From contig JANYFH010000073.1 in the NCBI GenBank assembly GCA_025362705.1, forward strand, positions 1 to 43,569: a stretch of 43,569 bases of DNA, in the 5' to 3' direction. Both the position numbers and the translations under genes were made by a program. This stretch comes from Betaproteobacteria bacterium. Lineage in GTDB: Bacteria > Pseudomonadota > Gammaproteobacteria > Burkholderiales > Usitatibacteraceae. Under the pieces are notes generated by a model. That model was not told where the DNA came from. It made no database searches and worked only from the letters and a program-made list of their open reading frames with translations. This document shows, in pieces, positions 37,781-43,569 of the stretch (the first letter of the stretch is position 1; each line of letters starts with the position of its first letter).

Positions 37781-38695
37781 ATGAGCATTGAACCGCGCTC
37801 CCCCACGTTTTACGCATGGCTCTCAGTTGGCACCTCACTACTGACAATCGCACTAAAATTCACCGCGTGGGGAGTCACCGGGTCGGTTGGACTTTTGTCG
37901 GACGCGATCGAATCGCTGGTCAATCTTGCCGCTGCGCTTGTCGCGTTGTGGACGCTGCACTACATCGCCGGTGGCAGCGATGACGACCACAACTTTGGCC
38001 ACGAGAAGGCCGAGTATTTTTCCAGTGGCATAGAAGGTGGACTGATTTTTGTTGCAGCCATTGCCATTGTGATTAGCGCAATGCCGCGCCTGCTCGATCC
38101 GCAGCCGCTGGGCGAGTTGGGTTTGGGTATCGTGCTAGCCGTGCTGGCAGCGATTGCCAACGCGCTGTGTGCGTGGTTTCTGCTGAAGGGCGCGCGCCTG
38201 CACCGCTCGATCACGCTGGAAGCCGATGCGCAGCATTTGCTTGCCGACGTGTGGACAACCGTCGGCGTGATTGCCGCGGTACTGCTGGTGCCGGTCACCG
38301 GCTGGTGGCGACTCGACCCGATCGTTGCGATCCTCGTTGCGTTGCAAATCCTCTGGACGGGCGGGGTGTTGATCAAGCGCTCCTTCGATGGATTGATGGA
38401 CAAGGCGATTCCCGACGATGAGCGCGCGGCCATTGTGCGCGTGCTTGATCGATTGCGGCACGAGGGCTGCGACTATCACGCGCTACGCACGCGCCAGGCG
38501 GGACGCAAGCATTTTGCCGACGTGCATGTATTGGTGCCCGGTACCATGAGTGTCCGCGACGGCCACGATTTGGTCGAGCGCATCGAAAATGAAATGCACG
38601 TGCAGGCACCGCACGTGGAAGTGCTGATCCACATGGAACCGCTGGAGGATCCGAGGAGTTGGGACGATCCGAAGAATCCTTTGGCCGGGACGTAA
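37781..38695 (+). CDS. Cation diffusion facilitator (CDF) family metal efflux transporter
   Basis: 304 aa, six TM helices, with LLSDAIESLVN and HLLADVWTTVGV metal-site motifs and a C-terminal cytoplasmic domain. GAGG lies upstream of the ATG. Confidence 0.88.
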   Translation: MSIEPRSPTFYAWLSVGTSLLTIALKFTAWGVTGSVGLLSDAIESLVNLAAALVALWTLHYIAGGSDDDHNFGHEKAEYFSSGIEGGLIFVAAIAIVISAMPRLLDPQPLGELGLGIVLAVLAAIANALCAWFLLKGARLHRSITLEADAQHLLADVWTTVGVIAAVLLVPVTGWWRLDPIVAILVALQILWTGGVLIKRSFDGLMDKAIPDDERAAIVRVLDRLRHEGCDYHALRTRQAGRKHFADVHVLVPGTMSVRDGHDLVERIENEMHVQAPHVEVLIHMEPLEDPRSWDDPKNPLAGT

Positions 38696-38754
38696 GCAGT
38701 TTTGGCATCATAGACAATGATGCGTAAGACCATCTGCACGAAGAGAATCCAACC

Positions 38755-39240
38755 ATGACTACCGAACCCAAGTGCCACGACGGCGGCTGCACCTGCCGCT
38801 TTGTGCGCTACCGCATGACGACCAAGCCGCTTTTTGTGCATTGCTGCCACTGCCGCTGGTGTCAGCGCGAAACCGGCGCGTCATTCGCGTTGAATGCGAT
38901 GATCGAATCTGAGCGTGTGCAGTTACTGGAGGGCGAGGTCGAGGTTGTCGATACGCCGTCCAACAGCGGCAAGGGGCAGAAGATTTCCCGCTGCCCCAAG
39001 TGCCGCATTGCGGTGTGGAGCAACTATGGCGGAGGCGGAGACGCGGTTCGCTTCGTCCGCGTCGGCACGCTGGATGAGCCTGACCGTCTGCCGCCGGATA
39101 TACATATTTTTACCGCGTCAAAGCAGCCTTGGGTTGTGTTGCCGCCTGATACGCCCGCATTCAGCGAATACTACAAAGCCGCCGAATTGTGGCCGACGGA
39201 GAGTCTTGCGCGGCGTGCGGTGCTGCTGGGCAAATCGTAG
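38755..39240 (+). CDS. GFA (glutathione-dependent formaldehyde-activating / CENP-V) family protein
   Basis: The Cys pattern GGCTCRFVRY...HCCHCRWCQRETGASF...CPKCRIAVW is typical of the GFA zinc-binding fold. Confidence 0.8.
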   Translation: MTTEPKCHDGGCTCRFVRYRMTTKPLFVHCCHCRWCQRETGASFALNAMIESERVQLLEGEVEVVDTPSNSGKGQKISRCPKCRIAVWSNYGGGGDAVRFVRVGTLDEPDRLPPDIHIFTASKQPWVVLPPDTPAFSEYYKAAELWPTESLARRAVLLGKS

Positions 39241-39256
39241 TCTGACAGACTGTCAG

Positions 39257-39895
39257 CTAATTCGGAAACAAGAGTTCGAACAGCGCCTTGGCTCTCGACG
39301 TCAGGTTCTTCGGGTCTGGCCTAAGCACTTCGTCTTCGGCCACCAGCAACTTTGCGTAGACTGCCTGATATACGCGCTTGACCACACCCGGTGAAACTTC
39401 TTCGCGGTCATAGCCGGGGAAAAACCCCACCAGCCGGTAGCCGGCATTTTCAAGTGCGCGCTGCGCATGCGGGATCTTCAGCGTCGCCATGGCATACATG
39501 AATGCGGCACCCATCGCCCGCCCGATGTTCTCCGTCCCCTTCAGGATGAAGATTGCCAGATGCGCGCCACGATGTGCCGGTGCGACGATGATGGTGCGAC
39601 CGTAGATTGCCAGCGAATCCATTTCCCGCTCAAACGACCAGACGCCAATCAACTCGTCCTTGAATGTGATCGGGACGACCATGATGTCCCGCTCGGACTC
39701 GCCCTCGAAATTGACGCGCTTGAGATAGTAGTCTTCGCGCAGGTAACCACTGTTGACGCCGACCGACATATCCGGATGCCACACTTTGATGTTTGCGATC
39801 AAAGGCCCGATATGCGCGTGCGTAAGCTTTTCAAAACGATAGCCTTCCGGCAATGGCACCAGCGCCCGCAGTTCGTCGGTGGTGGGCCATCTCAT
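39257..39895 (-). CDS. GNAT-fold protein, paralog B of a tandem pair
   Basis: 212 aa. IIVAPAHRGAHLA...ALENAGYRLVGF resembles GNAT motifs A/B, with the Gly positions replaced. Colinear and about half identical to the upstream gene. The upstream gene's stop overlaps this gene's ATG (ATGA). Confidence 0.65.
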   Translation of the reverse strand: MRWPTTDELRALVPLPEGYRFEKLTHAHIGPLIANIKVWHPDMSVGVNSGYLREDYYLKRVNFEGESERDIMVVPITFKDELIGVWSFEREMDSLAIYGRTIIVAPAHRGAHLAIFILKGTENIGRAMGAAFMYAMATLKIPHAQRALENAGYRLVGFFPGYDREEVSPGVVKRVYQAVYAKLLVAEDEVLRPDPKNLTSRAKALFELLFPN

Positions 39896-40566
39896 TGCCT
39901 TCCCTCTGCGACTTCCGGCGAGGTTGCCGACTCGGGAAACAACACATCGAACAGTGCCCGTGCCCGCGGCGTAAGATTATTCGGATCGGGACGAACCAGT
40001 TCCTCTTCCGGTACCAGCACTTTTGAATACACGCCTTCGAACACGCGCTTGACCACACCCGGCGCGACCTCCTCGCGGTCGTAACCGGAGGTAAAGCCGA
40101 TCAACTGCCAGCCGGCGCTTTCGAGCGCGTGCTGCATATGCGGGATCTTCAAAGTGGCCAGCGCAAAAAAGAATTCCGCGCCCATTGCCCGCCCCGCCAA
40201 CTCGGCAAGCGGCATCACCTTCGAAGCCAGTTTCGCGCTCCTGTGTTCCGGCGCGACGATGATCAGCCGGCCATAGAGCGAAAGCGCGTCGGGTTCCTGC
40301 TCCCACGACCACATGCCCGCAAATTCGTCTCCGCGCTTGAACAGACCCACGAGAATATTCTTTTCAGCCTCGCCATCAAGGAACACGTGGTCGCGGTAGA
40401 AGTCTTCACGCAAATAGCAACTTCCCCCACCCACAGCGATGTCCGGATGCCAGCGCTCGATGCAGGCAATGAGCGCGAGAATGTCCGAGCGCTTGAGCCA
40501 TTCGTAGCGGTAGCCGTCCGGCAGCGGCGCCATTGCCGACAGTTGTTCGATTGCGGGCCATTTCAT
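39892..40566 (-). CDS. GNAT-fold protein, paralog A of a tandem pair
   Basis: 224 aa. IIVAPEHRSAKLA...ALESAGWQLIGF. Aligns without gaps to paralog B over about 210 aa. Confidence 0.65.
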   Translation of the reverse strand: MKWPAIEQLSAMAPLPDGYRYEWLKRSDILALIACIERWHPDIAVGGGSCYLREDFYRDHVFLDGEAEKNILVGLFKRGDEFAGMWSWEQEPDALSLYGRLIIVAPEHRSAKLASKVMPLAELAGRAMGAEFFFALATLKIPHMQHALESAGWQLIGFTSGYDREEVAPGVVKRVFEGVYSKVLVPEEELVRPDPNNLTPRARALFDVLFPESATSPEVAEGRQ

Positions 40567-40763
40567 TTTTTTTCTCTGTTGGAGATTTTGGGTCTTGACG
40601 CATCCAGCTTACTTGCAATTGCCTCGCAGAATGCGATGCGTATGTTGCTATGTGCAGAAAAACACAATAGCTGGCGCGGCTTTCAGGCAGAAAGTGGCTG
40701 AATGGCCAAGAAGAGGGCCACGCTGACACCGCGCCAAATGGTGTTCTTCGTTGATTTTTTCTA

Positions 40764-41510
40764 TCAACCAAAACCTAGAACGACATCCCAAAGCGCCACC
40801 AGTGCGTCGCGCTCCTGCTTGCCCGTTGGCGCGCCGTAGCGGGCGAGCAGTGATTTTCTGCCCGCTTCGCTGGCGCTCGTAAACAGACTGTCCTTTTCGT
40901 TCAGCGCTTCACCTGCGAAATACATCTGCGTCACGAGGCGGCTGGTGCGTCCTTTGATATCGAAGTGAATGTGCGGCGGCCGAGACCAGCCATCTATACC
41001 CGTTGGATAGGCTGCAGGCTTCACGGTCTTGAAACTGTAGTTGCCATCGGCGCCAGTGCGGATTTTTGCATAGCCCTCGAAATTGGCATCGAGCAAAGCC
41101 GGGTTTTGATCGCCGGGATGGCTATAGCGACCGACAGAATTGGCTTGCCAGATTTCCAGTTCCGCATTCGCAACCGGCTCGCCACGAACATTGGTTACGC
41201 GGCCACTGACGTAAATGATTTGCCCCAGCGCGCGTCCGCTCTTGCCAGCAATAACGGTAAGGTCGGCATCCTGATCGGTGGGCAGCGTCATGGGGAAAAA
41301 CGGACCCAACACTTGCTCGCTCGTCGGTCGCAGATTCGCTTTCTGTGCTAACGCAACAGATATCGCTCCCGTCATTGCTGCGCCGGTAAGCGCAGCCGAT
41401 GCAGTCAGCATGCCGCGGCGGGTGATGCCGATGTGCTGGCTGTGGCCGGACACGTGAATGTGACGGTGATTTTCTTCGGTTGGTGCAGTTGGCGTAAGTA
41501 GTTTTGGCAT
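40764..41510 (-). CDS. Intradiol ring-cleavage dioxygenase family protein with twin-arginine signal
   Basis: ITRRGMLTASAALTGAAMTGAISVALA is a Tat-type signal. The core GRVTNVRGEPVANAELEIWQANSVGRYSH...YPTGIDGWSRPPHIHF matches the protocatechuate 3,4-dioxygenase beta-like fold and its His/Tyr ligand contexts. Confidence 0.8.
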   Translation of the reverse strand: MPKLLTPTAPTEENHRHIHVSGHSQHIGITRRGMLTASAALTGAAMTGAISVALAQKANLRPTSEQVLGPFFPMTLPTDQDADLTVIAGKSGRALGQIIYVSGRVTNVRGEPVANAELEIWQANSVGRYSHPGDQNPALLDANFEGYAKIRTGADGNYSFKTVKPAAYPTGIDGWSRPPHIHFDIKGRTSRLVTQMYFAGEALNEKDSLFTSASEAGRKSLLARYGAPTGKQERDALVALWDVVLGFG

Positions 41511-41551
41511 GACAACTCCTCAAGTGAGTGGATTTGTGACGCGAACGGGAT

Positions 41552-41941
41552 TTATTGCATCGGACGTCGATGCACAACGGTGTCGGTGTGCTGCTGAAAC
41601 GAAATAACTTTGCCATCCCCAAATTTCCACACATGCACAAAGGGCGCTTCAAAACTTTTTCCGGTGGCTTTGTATTTGCCACTGTATTTTCCGAGCGAGA
41701 CCACGGTATTCTCATTGGCGATAAATTCATCGGGAACTGCAGCGTAGCCATCCCACTCGCCGCCGATTTTCATGAATACATTCTCCAGCACCGCATTGGG
41801 GCCAATATATGTGCCGCCATAGGGACCACCTTCGGCCTCAATCCAGATCGCATTTGGTGCAAGCGCGCCAAGCACCGTTGGAATATCGCCTTTGGCAAAG
41901 GCGGCATACAAGCCGCGAATGGTTTCAGTTATCTGACTCAT
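41552..41941 (-). CDS. SnoaL-like / NTF2-fold protein
   Basis: 129 aa. The N-terminus IRGLYAAFAKGDIPTVLGALAPNAIW and the later HVWKFGDGKVISFQQHTD are typical of ketosteroid-isomerase-like NTF2 proteins. Confidence 0.7.
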   Translation of the reverse strand: MSQITETIRGLYAAFAKGDIPTVLGALAPNAIWIEAEGGPYGGTYIGPNAVLENVFMKIGGEWDGYAAVPDEFIANENTVVSLGKYSGKYKATGKSFEAPFVHVWKFGDGKVISFQQHTDTVVHRRPMQ

Positions 41942-42004
41942 GAATTGTCTCCCTTGGTGAGGCGTGATGAAAAAGAAATTGGCGTTCTACCTTTTTGTAA
42001 CCCG

Positions 42005-42796
42005 CTACGCTGCCGTAAATCCACCGTCGATCATGTGAATCCCGCCGGTACAGTACGACGCATCATCGCTCGCCAGAAACAAGGCGAGCTGCGCCACTTC
42101 TTCGTTGGTACCGTAGCGTTGCATCGGGATCATCGTTGTAAAGTACGCGCGAACCGCGTCCGGGTTTTCCGATGAAGCTTGCGTTTCGATGGAACGAATC
42201 ATTCGGTTGTCGATCGGCCCGGGCCCGATAGCGTTGACGCGAATTTTCGATGCGCCCAATTCCAATGCCACCGTTTTGACCAGGCCGTAGACCGCGTGCT
42301 TGCTGGCGATATAGGGTGCCAGGCCGGGTGAGCCGATCACTCCCGCGATGGACGACAGTGCGATCATCGAGCCACCGCCGCGTTTTTTCATCGGTGCAAC
42401 ACAGTATTTCATCGCCAGCCACACACCGATGACGTTGGTGCGCAACACCTGCTCGAAATCCGCCATGCTCTGCGCTTCAATTGGTTTTACCGGGCCTTCC
42501 GTGCCGGCATTGGCTATCAGGATGTCGATGCCACCAAATGCCTTGACGGTTGCGTCGACTGCTGCCGCCGTCGCGGCTTCATCCGTGGCATCTGCGACGA
42601 AGTCAGACAGTCTTGTATCAATACCCAGTCTCTCCCGGGTCTCCTTGAGTTTTTCTGCAGAACGCGCAACCAGCATGACGCTGGCACCTTCCTGCAGGAA
42701 TAGCTTCGCCGTTGCTTCACCGATACCGCCCGTCGCGCCGGTAATCATGGCGACCTTTCCATTCAGCCTTGGTCTGGATTCGTGCTTTTGATTCAT
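42005..42796 (-). CDS. SDR-family oxidoreductase
   Basis: GKVAMITGATGGIGEA (TGxxxGIG), NAGTEG, and SSIAG...YIASKHAV (YxxxK). ATG 42796 is preceded by GGGAGA. The track start 42862 is an extension. Confidence 0.88.
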   Translation of the reverse strand: MNQKHESRPRLNGKVAMITGATGGIGEATAKLFLQEGASVMLVARSAEKLKETRERLGIDTRLSDFVADATDEAATAAAVDATVKAFGGIDILIANAGTEGPVKPIEAQSMADFEQVLRTNVIGVWLAMKYCVAPMKKRGGGSMIALSSIAGVIGSPGLAPYIASKHAVYGLVKTVALELGASKIRVNAIGPGPIDNRMIRSIETQASSENPDAVRAYFTTMIPMQRYGTNEEVAQLALFLASDDASYCTGGIHMIDGGFTAA

Positions 42797-42954
42797 GCTT
42801 TTTCTCCCGTTGGATTTGTTCATCTCATGTTGCGTAAATTGCATATTCGCAAACAAGCGCATTGTTCAACTATCGCACTACGGATGCGCTTGCGTTCCGG
42901 ACGCGAGAAAAAACGCCGATTGCACGGCATATCGCGACCCAAGGCTTTAGTGCC

Positions 42955-42980
42955 GGAAATGCCCGCCAATGCTGGAGTTT
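42955..42980 (+). repeat. Conserved 26-nt intergenic box, copy 2
   Basis: GGAAATGCCCGCCAATGCTGGAGTTT. It lies between the stop of the partial CDF gene (42991) and the SDR start, with one mismatch to copy 1. Confidence 0.9.
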
Positions 42981-42990
42981 TGCAATACCG

Positions 42991-43569
42991 CTACGCCCAC
43001 TCCGGCTGAAAATTGGTGTGCCCGATATCGAACTTCTCGCGCAGCGACGCATTGATGCGCAGCACCAGCGCCGAATAACCGGCGACGGCTTCGGGTTTGA
43101 TGCGTACATGCGCGGTGAGGCAATTGAAGCGCTGTGAAATCTGCCAGATGTGGACATCGTGAATGTCCTCCACATCCGGAAATTCGTGCAGCACGTGCGC
43201 CTTCAGTGCGGACACATCGATGGGCGAACCTTCCATCAGTACGTGCAACGAATCACGCAGCAGCGACCATGACCATTTGAGAATGATGATCGCCACGATC
43301 AGCGCGAGTAGCGGGTCGATGAACTGCCAGCCCGTATAATGAATGACAACCAGCCCGATGATGATGGCCACCGACGACAAGGTATCGGTGAGCATGTGCA
43401 GGAACGACGAACGGATATTCATATTGGTCTGATCGCCGCGCATCAGGATCGCACCGGTGATGAGGTTGATCAGCAGGCCGACAGTCGCAATGATGAGCGT
43501 GGTGCCAATATTTACAGGCTCCGGCGTGATCAAGCGAGTGATGCCTTCAATCACGATCCACACCGCCGA
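42991..43569 (-). CDS. CDF-family (CzcD-like) metal efflux transporter; N-terminal part lies beyond the right window edge
   Basis: FLHMLTDTLSSVAIIIG (TM5 metal site), a C-terminal cytoplasmic domain, and an ending of NFQPEWA. The frame stays open to the window end. Confidence 0.85.
   Translation of the reverse strand, partial: SAVWIVIEGITRLITPEPVNIGTTLIIATVGLLINLITGAILMRGDQTNMNIRSSFLHMLTDTLSSVAIIIGLVVIHYTGWQFIDPLLALIVAIIILKWSWSLLRDSLHVLMEGSPIDVSALKAHVLHEFPDVEDIHDVHIWQISQRFNCLTAHVRIKPEAVAGYSALVLRINASLREKFDIGHTNFQPEWA

Noticed and set aside
39467-40701. 205-aa and 190-aa plus-strand ORFs
   Set aside because: They are antisense to the tandem GNAT-like genes. The minus-strand products are mutually homologous, which supports the minus-strand reading.
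1-43569. Scan for tRNA/rRNA genes, CRISPR repeats, IS elements, integrases and toxin-antitoxin pairs
   Set aside because: I found no T-loop GGTTCGAATCC-like motifs, no regularly spaced direct repeats, no transposase- or recombinase-like ORFs, and no small paired ORFs. Visual scanning could miss degenerate elements.

Overview
Moderately GC-rich proteobacterial chromosomal segment; the gene order looks most like Betaproteobacteria (inference from synteny only). No rRNA, tRNA, CRISPR array, transposase or integrase was recognised. The left half (1-22.5 kb) is a conserved housekeeping array: glnD-map on the minus strand, then rpsB-tsf-pyrH-frr-uppS-cdsA-dxr-rseP-bamA-skp-lpxD-fabZ-lpxA-lpxB-rnhB, a TrmH-like methyltransferase, yhhQ and a SemiSWEET gene on the plus strand. 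Two genes interrupt this array: an orphan membrane protein between map and rpsB, and a DUF4397-like lipoprotein between skp and lpxD. The right half is mixed metabolic and accessory: a DUF2007/zinc-ribbon protein, a GDSL-lipase autotransporter, divergent ppsR/ppsA, an ElaA-like GNAT, a 3-hydroxybutyrate dehydrogenase / pyroglutamyl peptidase / fused SCOT cluster, two CDF metal exporters, a GFA-family protein, two tandem GNAT-like paralogs, and a Tat-signal dioxygenase / SnoaL-like / SDR cluster. The best candidate for an undescribed system is a four-gene minus-strand module (31877-37434). It encodes a ~1000-aa exported VIT-vWA-TPR-DUF2135-like protein, a secreted protein I cannot assign to any family, an ECF sigma factor and a non-ZAS Ala/Pro-rich anti-sigma-like membrane protein. 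Non-coding signals worth following are a 26-nt box present twice as a direct repeat 12.6 kb apart (25/26 identical), and a REP-like family occurring as inverted pairs at two gene ends.
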